A stretch of DNA of 64,000 nucleotides from an uncultured cyanobacterium (GTDB lineage Bacteria; Cyanobacteriota; Cyanobacteriia; Cyanobacteriales; Nostocaceae). Both the position numbers and the translations under genes were made by a program. Location: NCBI GenBank assembly GCA_963740315.1, contig CAVUDP010000003.1, positions 480,001-544,000 of the forward strand. The letters run 5' to 3'. The notes beneath the pieces are model-generated. The model did no database searches. It was not told where the DNA came from and worked only from the letters and a program-made list of their open reading frames with translations. Positions 33,405-43,928 of this stretch are shown piece after piece (position 1 is the stretch's first letter; every line of letters begins with the position of its first letter).

Positions 33405-33863
33405 ATGACTTTTACAACTGAAGAGAAAAATAGAAAAGCTGTAGAACAATTTCTCGGCTTTGATGCTGATACTCAACTAGCGTTATTGTGGTATGGTTAC
33501 TTAGATATCAAAGATAATTTGAACCCCGTTAACCAAGATTCCGCACAGCAAACTGCTAAAGCTTTATTCGATCAAATCCAGGCAATGCCGAAGGAAGAAC
33601 AACTACAAGCACAACGGGATATTGTTTCTGGTGCTAGCAGTGATATTAGTAGTTCATATACATCTTTAAGTTCTAGCGGTAAGCTTGATGTATGGTTGAG
33701 GCTTGCTCAAGGGATGGAAGATGGTAGCGTTATTCAAGTACCTGATGACTATAAATTACCATCTAATACAAACGATTTTGCAAATTCCATCAAAGAATTG
33801 GATTTTGAACAGCGCATTAATTTTATGCGTAGTGCTGTGGTAGAAATGGGTGCTAAATCTTAG
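33405..33863 (+). CDS. Helical carotenoid protein (OCP N-terminal domain only)
   Basis: DTQLALLWY.Y, QI..M.KEEQLQAQRD, KL..W..LAQGM, LDFEQRINFMR..V..MG; 152 aa. Confidence 0.9.
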   Translation: MTFTTEEKNRKAVEQFLGFDADTQLALLWYGYLDIKDNLNPVNQDSAQQTAKALFDQIQAMPKEEQLQAQRDIVSGASSDISSSYTSLSSSGKLDVWLRLAQGMEDGSVIQVPDDYKLPSNTNDFANSIKELDFEQRINFMRSAVVEMGAKS

Positions 33864-33921
33864 TTAATTTGTTCTTAATTAATTTGCTGTAGGGACGTAA
33901 TATGATTGCGTCTCTATATAA

Positions 33922-35493
33922 TTATGATTTGATAATTGATTTAATCGTATCGGCAGCTTTTTCCGCGATCGTAATTGTGGGAGCATTGGTATTACCACCA
34001 ATAATATTAGGCATTATTGAAGCATCTACTACTCTTAATCCTTTGACTCCATAAACCTGTAATTTTGAATTAACCACCGACATCGAGTCATTACCCATTT
34101 TACAAGTTCCGACTGGATGATATAAACTTTCTGTGGTGTTGCGAATAAAAGCAGAAATCTCCTCATTTGTTTGTATTTCGGAACTGGGAATAATTTCTTC
34201 ACCTCTATATGTACGAAATGCTTGCGATCGCAAAATTTGACGAGATATTTTGACACCTGATAATAAAACTTTTAAATCTTGGGGATTTGCCAGATAATTA
34301 GGTTGAATGAATGGCGGTTTTAAAGGATTTTTTGAACTTAATGTAATGCTGCCTTTACTTTGAGGATATAAAATCGGACATAAAGTGAATCCATGTTGTT
34401 TGCGTTTGCTAAAGCCGCGATCGATTAAACAACCGGGTACAAAATGCAATTGTAAATTAACCTTATCTAAATTATTTACGGTTTTTAAAAAGCCCCCAGC
34501 TTCAGCTATATTTGATGTTAAAGCACCTTTTTTAAAAAATATATATTTTAGAATATTTTGTGGATGTTCGAGATTAGCTAGGGTAATATTTTTTGTAGAT
34601 TTATATACAATTGGTACAGATAAATGGTCTTGCAAATTTTGTCCAACACCGGGCAAATCGACTAATACCGGAATATTTAATGATTTTAGATGTTTCGCGC
34701 AACCAATTCCTGAAAGCATTAATAGTTGTGGAGAATTAATTGCCCCAGCGCTTAATATTACTTCTCGATTAATTGTAACTTTGTGTTCTACATTTTTATT
34801 TTCATAGATTAATCCAACAACGCGCTTTTCTGCAAATAATATACTTGTAACTTGAGAATTAGTTTTTACAGTTAAATTTTTTCTAGATAACACGGGCTTT
34901 AAATAAGCAGTAGCAGCACTATGACGTTGCCCATTTTTTTGAGTTACTTGATAAAACCCGATTCCTTCTTGTTGTTTACCATTAAAATCATCGTTATAAG
35001 TTAATCCAAATTCTGTAGCTGCTTTGATAAAAACGTGAGATAGAGGATTGCGATCGCGTAAATCGGTAACGTTGAGAAGTCCGTTTACACCATGATATTC
35101 GTCGATAACTCTAGATTGGTTTTCAGCTTTTTTAAAATAATCGAGTACTTCTTTACCACTCCATCCTAAATTACCTAAATTATGCCAGTTATCGTAGTCA
35201 TCAGAATTACCTCTAATATAAATCATGGCATTAATGGAACTACTTCCACCCAACACCTTTCCACGAGGAAAATAAAGTTGACGGTTATTTAAATAAGATT
35301 GTTTTTCCGTGTAGTAAGCCCAATCATATTTAGTTCTAAATAAATCTCCATAACCCGCAGGAATATGAATTTTGGGAGATTTATCTGGGTTCCCAGCTTC
35401 TAAAAGTAGTACTTTAATTTGAGGATTTTCTGTCAAACGATTTGCTAATACGCAACCAGCGGAACCCGCACCAATAATTACATAATCGTACAT
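33922..35493 (-). CDS. GMC family oxidoreductase (choline dehydrogenase-like)
   Basis: YDYVIIGAGSAG, RGKVLGGSSSIN, GQNLQDH, YHPVGTCKMG, GNTNAP. Confidence 0.93.
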   Translation of the reverse strand: MYDYVIIGAGSAGCVLANRLTENPQIKVLLLEAGNPDKSPKIHIPAGYGDLFRTKYDWAYYTEKQSYLNNRQLYFPRGKVLGGSSSINAMIYIRGNSDDYDNWHNLGNLGWSGKEVLDYFKKAENQSRVIDEYHGVNGLLNVTDLRDRNPLSHVFIKAATEFGLTYNDDFNGKQQEGIGFYQVTQKNGQRHSAATAYLKPVLSRKNLTVKTNSQVTSILFAEKRVVGLIYENKNVEHKVTINREVILSAGAINSPQLLMLSGIGCAKHLKSLNIPVLVDLPGVGQNLQDHLSVPIVYKSTKNITLANLEHPQNILKYIFFKKGALTSNIAEAGGFLKTVNNLDKVNLQLHFVPGCLIDRGFSKRKQHGFTLCPILYPQSKGSITLSSKNPLKPPFIQPNYLANPQDLKVLLSGVKISRQILRSQAFRTYRGEEIIPSSEIQTNEEISAFIRNTTESLYHPVGTCKMGNDSMSVVNSKLQVYGVKGLRVVDASIMPNIIGGNTNAPTITIAEKAADTIKSIIKS

Positions 35494-35649
35494 GGAAATA
35501 GGGAGTAGGGAATTATAGAATTTTAAGTTAGCAGTTAGGAGTTAGGAGTGAGGAGTTATAAAATTTTAGATTTCTCCTTGTCCCCTTGTCACCTTGTCCC
35601 CTTGTCACCTTGTCACCCCATCTCCCCATCTCCCCATCTCCCCCTTCTT

Positions 35650-37812
35650 CTACCAAAGTGCAACTAGCTGTCTAACTTCTTCCATATTTAAACAATCGCT
35701 TGCAAAAGCTTTTCTTAACAGCGGGTGAGGAATAAACTTATCGTATTTTTGGATTTCTGGCGCTTCTGCATCTGCAACTAAATGTTCGTTAATAATACGT
35801 TGTTCGCACAAAGATAGAATTTCGGGTTCTAATTGTTCAAACTTCCCTTTCCCTAATTTCAATAAGATAAAATAAGGATTAACTCCCCCCAAAGATTTAA
35901 TTTCTAAAGACTCTCGACTAAAATTATTTAACAATCTCTGTAAAGTGTTGTAAGCGATCGTACCCATCCAAGGGAAAATACAGCATTTACCTTTTTCTAA
36001 TTTTATTATATTGCGTTTATCTAACTCAAAATCTGAAGCTAATTGACGTGCTTCTTTTAAACACTTTTGAGCATTTGTTTGTAAATATGCATATTCTATA
36101 TCTTCTGATAAAACACGACGCATACGTTGCAATATTTTACTGTGAATTGTTCCACTACCACCACGCCAAAAAATACCGGCTTTACCTTCAACTTGTTTGA
36201 CAAATATTGTTTTTTTAGCAAAGTCTATATCTAAAACTTCCCAAGTTTTCCCCGCTAACCCAAATTGACTGCCGACATTAGGTACAGTGAGAATGGTACC
36301 GATATCTGTTGAATTATGCTTGACACTAAATTCCAAAGTTTCAGGAAAAACAGCGTAAAACTGAAATCTTTTGACTATTTTTTCACCTGCTAAACCGAGT
36401 ATTAATTTACCCGTTTCAGTTTTATTAATATGGTCAATACTAACTAAATAGCGCAGCAATAATTTATAATCATCTTGAGATATATGTTGAAAAGATGATA
36501 GATTTAATACGTTCTTAGCAAGAACAGATGGCGAAAGTTCTTTCATTGCTGCCAAGATACTCATAGTCTGATGATAAAGCAGACTTAATGGATATTTTAT
36601 TGGTTCAATCGATTCAATCCATTTATCTTCTAAATAAAGTTGAACGATCGCAATAGACTGTAAAAGTTGCCAAGGAATTTGTTGTGGAAGTGGTGCTTCT
36701 AAAGATGGTTGCTCCGAACAAACAAAGCGCATATCGGCAGGTTCGCCCCTTCTTCCCGTGCGTCCCAAACGTTGTAAAAAACTTGCTACAGAACTAGGTG
36801 ATTCTAACTGAATGACTCGCTCTAAATAACCAATATCAACACCAACTTCTAAAGTCAATGTTGCAGCAGTTACCGCACTTTTATGGGGTTCCCGCATGGC
36901 GTTTTCCGCAGTTTGGCGCAGAGAAGCCGATATACTACCATGATGAACGTGATAAATATCTGGTTGTTTTTGATTCGCCGCAATTTGACGTAAAGATGCA
37001 ATAATAGATTCGGTTTGCGATTTATTATTAGCAAAAATAAGACATTTACGAGCTTTACTTAAGTTAAAAATATATCGATCGCAATCGGTAATTTCATTTT
37101 CATCAGTTTCAGGAACGTAAAAGTGTTCTAAAGCTAATTTTATTTGTCGTTTTCCTGCCTCTATTTTCGGTGTAATAACTGTTCGTTGGGTACCGGAGCT
37201 AAGCCAATCTTCTGCCAGAGAATAATCACCTAAAGTTGCCGATAACCCGATTCTGCGGTGTTGATTTTTGGTTAAATTTGCTAATCTTTCTAACTGACAA
37301 AGAATCTGACAGCCTCTTTCTGTACCCATGAAAGCATGAATTTCATCGATGACTACAAAACGTACATCACCAAAAAGGCGAATTAAATCTTCATACTTAT
37401 TAATTAATAAACTTTCTAATGACTCAGGTGTAATTTGGAGAATACCCGATGGAGTTTTTAAAAGCTGCTTTTTTCTAGTTTGAGAAACATCTCCATGCCA
37501 ATGGTAAACCGGAATATCTGCTTCTCTTAATAAGTGGTTAAGACGTTCAAATTGGTCGTTAATTAATGCTTTAATTGGTCCGATATAAATAGCACCTACA
37601 GTATTAGCAGGTTTTTCGTATAACCGTGTTAACACTGGTAAAAAAGCTGCTTCGGTTTTACCTGAAGCTGTTCCGGCAGCTACTAATAAATGAGCATCGG
37701 TGTCAAATATGACTTCACAAGCTTTTTCTTGTACCGATCTTAATTCAGTCCAGTTATTATTGTAAATATATTCCTGGATAAAAGGCGCGAGTCTGTTATA
37801 TGCATCGCTCAT
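35650..37812 (-). CDS. Lhr-like DEAD/DEAH-box SF2 helicase (short form)
   Basis: TASGKTEAA, PIKALINDQ, TPESLE, DEIH, LSAT, HHGS, LQRLGRTGRR. Confidence 0.9.
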   Translation of the reverse strand: MSDAYNRLAPFIQEYIYNNNWTELRSVQEKACEVIFDTDAHLLVAAGTASGKTEAAFLPVLTRLYEKPANTVGAIYIGPIKALINDQFERLNHLLREADIPVYHWHGDVSQTRKKQLLKTPSGILQITPESLESLLINKYEDLIRLFGDVRFVVIDEIHAFMGTERGCQILCQLERLANLTKNQHRRIGLSATLGDYSLAEDWLSSGTQRTVITPKIEAGKRQIKLALEHFYVPETDENEITDCDRYIFNLSKARKCLIFANNKSQTESIIASLRQIAANQKQPDIYHVHHGSISASLRQTAENAMREPHKSAVTAATLTLEVGVDIGYLERVIQLESPSSVASFLQRLGRTGRRGEPADMRFVCSEQPSLEAPLPQQIPWQLLQSIAIVQLYLEDKWIESIEPIKYPLSLLYHQTMSILAAMKELSPSVLAKNVLNLSSFQHISQDDYKLLLRYLVSIDHINKTETGKLILGLAGEKIVKRFQFYAVFPETLEFSVKHNSTDIGTILTVPNVGSQFGLAGKTWEVLDIDFAKKTIFVKQVEGKAGIFWRGGSGTIHSKILQRMRRVLSEDIEYAYLQTNAQKCLKEARQLASDFELDKRNIIKLEKGKCCIFPWMGTIAYNTLQRLLNNFSRESLEIKSLGGVNPYFILLKLGKGKFEQLEPEILSLCEQRIINEHLVADAEAPEIQKYDKFIPHPLLRKAFASDCLNMEEVRQLVALW

Positions 37813-38362
37813 AGTTTTAATATAATCTGGGTGAGTAAGATAAATTACATTTTAGAGAAATTGTATCAATGTATATTTATTTTTGACATAAAATAAAATT
37901 TTTTAAAATTACCCAAATAATAATTTATAATTAGTTTATTTTTATAAGCTCTTGCTAAAAGACAATTACATGACTAAAAGTATTTACTTGGATGCTAACT
38001 TGCAAAAGTATGAATCAACTTGAAGGGCATTAATATTTTCAGTATATATAATTATAAGTAATATAGTTGGCAGACAAAAAACTTTTATACATAGAAGATA
38101 ATTTACAGTGAGGTAGTATTAAGCCGGGTAATCTATGGCTAATGTATTAAATACTACGCTATACTGATGCAATGCTTTGTGCAATAGATAATTTTATGTC
38201 GTTTAAAACATGAAGTATAGAAATAGCTTATTTAGTGCTTAGTGTAAATTAAAATAAGGAAACAGAGAAAATAGTTATTGTAGAGACGCAATTATCTAAA
38301 TTGTTTTAGATACCCGGAATATTTTTGTAATACTTTATACTTATAATTCAGGAGGTTTTTTG

Positions 38363-39460
38363 ATGATGGAATTATTGTCAAACAATATTTTTTTGAGTGC
38401 CAAAGTGCAATTAACATTGTTGATTGGAATACTTAGCTTTATCGCATTTTTTACTGGTTGTGTCTTTCCTCGTATAGCTAAGTTTTTCCTAAACGTGCTT
38501 ATTTCTTCCGAAGTTGCTGAGAAAGCTGAAAAAATATTACAACCTTACAAAAATTTAATTGGAATTGCTTTCGGATTGGGATTTTTGGAGATTGTTGCTT
38601 TATTTATTCCCGTATTAGATGATTATCCAGCGATAGAAATTGTTATTAGTTTAATTTTAACGATAGAAGCTTGCTGGTTAATTATTAAAATATTTGGAAA
38701 ATATATAGATGATTATATATTAGAGTCTGCTTTAAAAAGCGGTCGTAAAGCTAATAGCGAACTACTAAACTTAGGAAAGTATACAGCTAACTTAGCAATT
38801 GTTTTTGGCGGAATTATCTTCTTTGCTCAAACTCATAATATAAAAATATTTAGCTTGCTAGCTAGTTTAGGAATTGGTGGTGTAGCAGTTGCTTTCGCAT
38901 CTAAAACAACAATAGAGCAACTTCTCAGTGGTGTTGTATTATATGTCGATCATCCGTTTTATATTGACGACTATATTGGTTTACCAGACGGTACTTTTGG
39001 GCGAGTTGAATCTATTGGATGGCGTTCTACAAAAATTCGCACTTCGGGTAAAGGAACGGTAATAGTAATTCCGAATAATTCTCTAACCCAAATGAGTATC
39101 GAAAACTTTTCTGGTGCTAAAAAGGTAATTTCAATTCTTTCTTTGAATTTCACTCGTAAAATTGAACCGAAAGAACAAGCATTAATCGAACAGGTTGTTT
39201 TAACAAGTACAAAAGATATTTTTGGACTTGATTCACGCAGTACTCGCATAGATTTTAGAACTTTAAATAAAAATAGCGAACCAAAGACTCAAGCTCAAGT
39301 TAGCTTATTCATATTAGGTACTGGTAAAGTATCGATGGAATTGCGTCGGCAGTTACTTGAAGTAGCTACACAAACTATTAATCAGAAGTTGAAAGGATAC
39401 GGTATCGATTTCAATATAGAAGAACCAACTATCTATGTAGATGCGCCCGTTACAATCTAG
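38363..39460 (+). CDS. MscS family mechanosensitive channel
   Basis: LASLGIGGVAVAFA, GRVESIGWRSTKIR, IPNNSL. Confidence 0.9.
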   Translation: MMELLSNNIFLSAKVQLTLLIGILSFIAFFTGCVFPRIAKFFLNVLISSEVAEKAEKILQPYKNLIGIAFGLGFLEIVALFIPVLDDYPAIEIVISLILTIEACWLIIKIFGKYIDDYILESALKSGRKANSELLNLGKYTANLAIVFGGIIFFAQTHNIKIFSLLASLGIGGVAVAFASKTTIEQLLSGVVLYVDHPFYIDDYIGLPDGTFGRVESIGWRSTKIRTSGKGTVIVIPNNSLTQMSIENFSGAKKVISILSLNFTRKIEPKEQALIEQVVLTSTKDIFGLDSRSTRIDFRTLNKNSEPKTQAQVSLFILGTGKVSMELRRQLLEVATQTINQKLKGYGIDFNIEEPTIYVDAPVTI

Positions 39461-39468
39461 AGTTAACT

Positions 39469-40656
39469 ATGAAAATTATGAATCAAATACTTGAGTTTAT
39501 ATTAAGAGAAGATATTCGTAACTTAGAAATATTTGTTTTATGCGTTATCGCTTCTTTGTTTATCGGAAGATACACTCCCTTACTAATTAAAGTAGCTGTC
39601 AACCGTTTCTTGCCTCCACAAGTAACTGATATCTATGAAAAATTAATCTATACAAACCGTCAAGCCTTAAAATGGGCTGGTACTTCAATCTTAATTTTAT
39701 TATCGTTAGGTTTAATTTCTCAGTATGAAGGCTTTTATAAATTTTTAAGCAATGTAGTGCAATTAGCAGTTATTCTCAGCATTGCTTTTTTAGCTTCCGG
39801 TGTTTTTCGGCAATTGATTAGAACATATGGTGTTACTATTATTCGTAAATTGGGCTATCAGGCTGACGATTTACTATTAATTGTTGAAACTATCGTTAAT
39901 CTGACTATAGGATTTATTGCTGTTTTAGTTTTTGCTAACGATAAATTCAATTTAGTCGGTTTAATCACTGGTTTAGGAATTGGTGGATTAGCAGTTGCTT
40001 TTGCAGCCCAAAAAACTTTAGAGCAATTTTTAGGTACTATTGTTATATATTTAGATAGACCTTTTACTACAGGTGAATATATTCATTTAGCGGCATCAAG
40101 TAGCTACGGAGCCGAAATTTATGGACGAGTTGAATCTATCGGATTTCGTTCTACAAAAATTCGTTCTTCTGGTAAAAGTACTTTGATGATTGTACCTAAT
40201 TCTATATTAGCCAATGTAGAAATCGAAAACGTAACCCGTGGGAAAAAAGTCATGGTGTTGCTATATCTTGACTTTAATCAAAAGCTACTTGATAAAGGGC
40301 AGGCTTTAGTAAGACAAGTAGTTGAAGACAGTATGGAATCACTTTTTGGGGTACAACCTGATAGCACAAAAGTAGTTTTTGAAGACTTCAACTCAACTCA
40401 TACAACGAACGCTGATGTTTCTGATAAAATTGATGCGTCAACTATCGATCTTACTATCGACAAAGATTTACAACTAGAACATACGAGAGCTAGAATCACC
40501 TTCTTTCTTTTAGGTTCAAACCAAAATTCTCTTGAGTTGAAAAAACAATTATTAAATTTAGCAAATGAAAAGGTTTCTCACAAATTGAATAATTTTGGTA
40601 TCGAGTTTGTCATGCAAGAACCAAATATTTATATTGAAGCGCCAGTGACTATTTAA
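39469..40656 (+). CDS. MscS family mechanosensitive channel
   Basis: GLGIGGLAVAFAAQKTL, DRPF..GE, GRVESIGFRSTKIR, VPNS. Confidence 0.9.
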   Translation: MKIMNQILEFILREDIRNLEIFVLCVIASLFIGRYTPLLIKVAVNRFLPPQVTDIYEKLIYTNRQALKWAGTSILILLSLGLISQYEGFYKFLSNVVQLAVILSIAFLASGVFRQLIRTYGVTIIRKLGYQADDLLLIVETIVNLTIGFIAVLVFANDKFNLVGLITGLGIGGLAVAFAAQKTLEQFLGTIVIYLDRPFTTGEYIHLAASSSYGAEIYGRVESIGFRSTKIRSSGKSTLMIVPNSILANVEIENVTRGKKVMVLLYLDFNQKLLDKGQALVRQVVEDSMESLFGVQPDSTKVVFEDFNSTHTTNADVSDKIDASTIDLTIDKDLQLEHTRARITFFLLGSNQNSLELKKQLLNLANEKVSHKLNNFGIEFVMQEPNIYIEAPVTI

Positions 40657-40705
40657 TATTAGGCACGGGGATTGGGGATATCTTTTTATATACAGATTTA
40701 TTTTT

Positions 40706-40952
40706 TGTAGTGCGGGCATCTTGCCCGCTATTTCATAAAAATATTATTTGTGAATCTTTAAAAATATGTTGTTGATCTGTAAGAATAGATTATTTGTAAA
40801 TTTCTGAAAATATCTTGCTGATCTGTAAGAATAGATTATTTGTAAATTTCTGAAAATATCTTGTTGATCTGTAAGAATAGATTATTTGTGAATTTCTGAA
40901 AATAGATGATTTGTGAATCTTCAGAAATAGGGAGCAAGATGCTCCCACTACA
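40706..40952. mobile_element. REPIN/MITE-like element: inverted GTAG-REP ends enclosing a 46-bp tandem repeat
   Basis: 29-bp imperfect terminal inverted repeats; internal TGATCTGTAAG units start at 40773, 40819 and 40865 (period 46). Confidence 0.7.
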
Positions 40953-41043
40953 GATATTTTTGTAAGAATAGAATGCTGTGGACAATATAATAAAGCATAA
41001 GGGTTAGTTAGAACTTAGTTTCAATGCCCTATGCCCCAATTAC

Positions 41044-42651
41044 CTATACCCGATTTCTTCCGTTTGTTTCCTGAGTATTTCGTAATAAGGCTTGTTCTAT
41101 TTCTGTTGAAAGTTTGACAGGTAATTCTCCGGTGCGTAAATGTAAGTCTCTTTGTGGGAATGGAATTTCAATATTATATTCTTTCAAACTTGCTTCAATT
41201 CTGAAACATATATCGCTTTTAATTGATACTTGATGGCTGGGTGCGTCTATCCATACTAATAGTTCAAAATCTAAAGAACTGTCACCAAATCCGGTAAACA
41301 ATACTTGGGGTTGAGGAACTGAAAGCACTTCGGGATGATTTTTTCCTGCTTCTAAAAGTGCTTTTTTGACGATTTTTACATCAGCACTGTAAGAAACTCC
41401 TACTGGTACGTGAATTCGAGAAATCGGATTGTGGTGACTCCAATTAATTACTTCGTCTTCTAAAAAACGCGAGTTTGGTACAATTATCGAAACTCTGTCT
41501 AAAGTACGAATCGTTACACTACGGGCACCAATACTTTCTACAGTTCCCATATAGTTTGCCACTTCAATAAAATCACCTACTTGAATTGGTCTTTCAAATA
41601 ACAATACAAGCCCGCTACCAAAGTTTTTCGCGATGTCTTGAAAACCGAAACCAATACCGACACCCAAGGCACTAGCTAAGATTGCTAAAGAACTTAAATC
41701 AACTTCAAAAATTTGCAGAAGAACAACCGAACCTACTCCTATAAAAGTATATTTAAAAACAATTGCGATTACTTCCTGCGCTCCCCGATTAATTCGCAGT
41801 TCTCGCAAAATTCGCGATCGCAATACATTAGTAACTGCACCCGCAAGTACTATTAAGCCCAAAAATAAGCCAATTAAAACTAAAATATCGGTAACTGCAA
41901 AGGTTTTAAAAATTGGCGAAGTCAGGCTAAAACGTATACTGGCGGCAATATCAAAACTCCATTGCCGCGTTACAGGAAATAAATTAGTAACATAAAGAGT
42001 GGTGCCTACCCAAAGTGCTGTTCTCACTAAAAATAGGGTACCTTTAAACAATAGATTTAAGCTATTTTGCTGTTGATTTTGGTCGGAAGAATCCTCGGAA
42101 GTTACGATTGGAGTCACATTACGCTGCGATATTTTCCATACTCTTCCTAAAACCCAATGAAGTGCAATTGTTAGCACAACAAGAATCAAACTTAAAATTA
42201 ATGTACGATTAATAAACTCTTCGCTCCTTTCTTCTCTTGCTTTCTCAACTGTTTCACGAATTATACTTGCCCAATTTCCGGCTTGTATATTCGGATTTTC
42301 AGCAGAAACAGCATCCTTCTCGGTGACGGTAAATCGCCGATTCTCACCAATTAGAATTTTCGCATCATTTTTGCCTTTTTCAACTTTTACGGACGGTATT
42401 TTTTCTAAATCTACTGCTTCTTGAAGGATTTTATTGATAATTTCAGCCCTTTCTTCAGCTGTATAACCCTCGGTACTAGCAACTTGAAAAAGTTGTCTAC
42501 CATCAATGTCTACAGGAGCATATTTACTACTCTGCGCCATCGCGTGTGAAAACTGGAAGCTGAATATAAGCATCAAAATTATTATTGCTGCTTTTACTGG
42601 CTTGAGATATTTACGATCGCGATTATCGCTTAATTTCGGTTTATTTCTCAT
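41044..42651 (-). CDS. Large MscS/MscK-like channel with periplasmic N-terminal domain
   Basis: Signal-like N-terminus, ALGVGIGFGFQDIAKNF.SG..LLFERPIQVGD, VPNS, IEIPFPQRD; ATG 42651 preceded by AGGA. Confidence 0.9.
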   Translation of the reverse strand: MRNKPKLSDNRDRKYLKPVKAAIIILMLIFSFQFSHAMAQSSKYAPVDIDGRQLFQVASTEGYTAEERAEIINKILQEAVDLEKIPSVKVEKGKNDAKILIGENRRFTVTEKDAVSAENPNIQAGNWASIIRETVEKAREERSEEFINRTLILSLILVVLTIALHWVLGRVWKISQRNVTPIVTSEDSSDQNQQQNSLNLLFKGTLFLVRTALWVGTTLYVTNLFPVTRQWSFDIAASIRFSLTSPIFKTFAVTDILVLIGLFLGLIVLAGAVTNVLRSRILRELRINRGAQEVIAIVFKYTFIGVGSVVLLQIFEVDLSSLAILASALGVGIGFGFQDIAKNFGSGLVLLFERPIQVGDFIEVANYMGTVESIGARSVTIRTLDRVSIIVPNSRFLEDEVINWSHHNPISRIHVPVGVSYSADVKIVKKALLEAGKNHPEVLSVPQPQVLFTGFGDSSLDFELLVWIDAPSHQVSIKSDICFRIEASLKEYNIEIPFPQRDLHLRTGELPVKLSTEIEQALLRNTQETNGRNRV

Positions 42652-43020
42652 ATTTCCTGATGCCAATTTTAAAATAATAGTATTAGATAAAACAAGTAAC
42701 TGCGTAAAATTATTTACGTTAAATACAAGTTTTGTATATGTTAAGTGTATTAACACACGATGCCATCAGTCTTTAGCATAGACTTATTATTTACATACCT
42801 ATGTATAAAAAGTGTTTATCAAACACTTACATTGTGCGAAGGATTTGGGTAAAGTTTCATATCTATCGATATTCCCTTGCTGACAAGAACGCGGTAATCT
42901 GGATTTAGCGAATAGTAATTCAAGGTTAAAGGTCTGCATATCAAAGGTTAAAATCACTTCTAACTCCCCTTGTCCCTTTGTGTTCCTGCCTTGTTCCCTA
43001 ATTGCTTATAAATTAAAATT

Positions 43021-43731
43021 ATGTTGAAAAAAATCCATACAAATATCTGGGTTGCCGAACAAAAATTAAAATATTGGGGTTTAGAAGTTGGTACGAGAAT
43101 GACTGTGATTCGCCTTGAAAATGGTGATGTTGTTGTTATTTCTCCAATTAAGGTAGATGAGGAAACTATTAATCAAATCAATCAAGTTGGTAAGGTTGAT
43201 ATTATAATTGCTCCTAATCTTTACCATCATCTTTCTGTATCTGATTTCAAATCTATTTATTCCGATGCAAAGATTTTCGCTGCTCCTGGTTTGGAATTTA
43301 AGCGGCAAGATATCAAATTTGATAAAATCCTCGATTGCGGTAAAATTGGCTCTGAAGATGAAATTGAATATTTTTTATTTGAAGGATTTAAAATTCTGGA
43401 TTTAAAAGGACTTTCACCATTAAACGAAATTGTTTTTTTGCATCGAGAAAGTCAAACTTTGATTTTAACGGATACGGCTTTTCATTTTGATGAAAGTTTT
43501 CCCTTAACAACTCAGTTAACTATGAGAGTAATTGGAGGTTACAAAAAATTAGAGCCTTCGATATTAGAGAAATTAGCAACGCGAGAAAAAGCAAAAGTAA
43601 AAAATTCAATTCAAAAAGTGCTTGAGTGGGATTTTGAAAGAGCGATCGTGGCTCATGGTAGTATTATCGAAAATCAAGGAAAAGCAAAGCTTAAAAAAGG
43701 CTATGAATGGGTTTTATTTAATGAACAGTGA
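43021..43731 (+). CDS. DUF4336 family protein (metallo-beta-lactamase-like)
   Basis: RMTVIRL, ISP, IIAPNLYHH, E..F.H..S.TLILTD, WDFERAIVAHG. Confidence 0.85.
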   Translation: MLKKIHTNIWVAEQKLKYWGLEVGTRMTVIRLENGDVVVISPIKVDEETINQINQVGKVDIIIAPNLYHHLSVSDFKSIYSDAKIFAAPGLEFKRQDIKFDKILDCGKIGSEDEIEYFLFEGFKILDLKGLSPLNEIVFLHRESQTLILTDTAFHFDESFPLTTQLTMRVIGGYKKLEPSILEKLATREKAKVKNSIQKVLEWDFERAIVAHGSIIENQGKAKLKKGYEWVLFNEQ

Positions 43732-43928
43732 ACAGTGAACAGTTAACAGTAATAGAATCTGCAACTGCTAACTGCCCCTCTCCCCCTCTCCCCATCCCCC
43801 CATCCCCCCATCTCCCCTCTCCCCCTCTCCTCTTCACAATTTCCTCATAATTATTCTACGAATTTACTCTTGCTTGACATCCGAGTGGAGTTAAACTAGC
43901 ACGTAAAACTGTAACTCCATCCGTAAAA

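Noticed and set aside
40740..40925. Regularly spaced repeat as a CRISPR array
   Set aside because: Units are head-to-tail with no unique spacers, and there are no cas genes.
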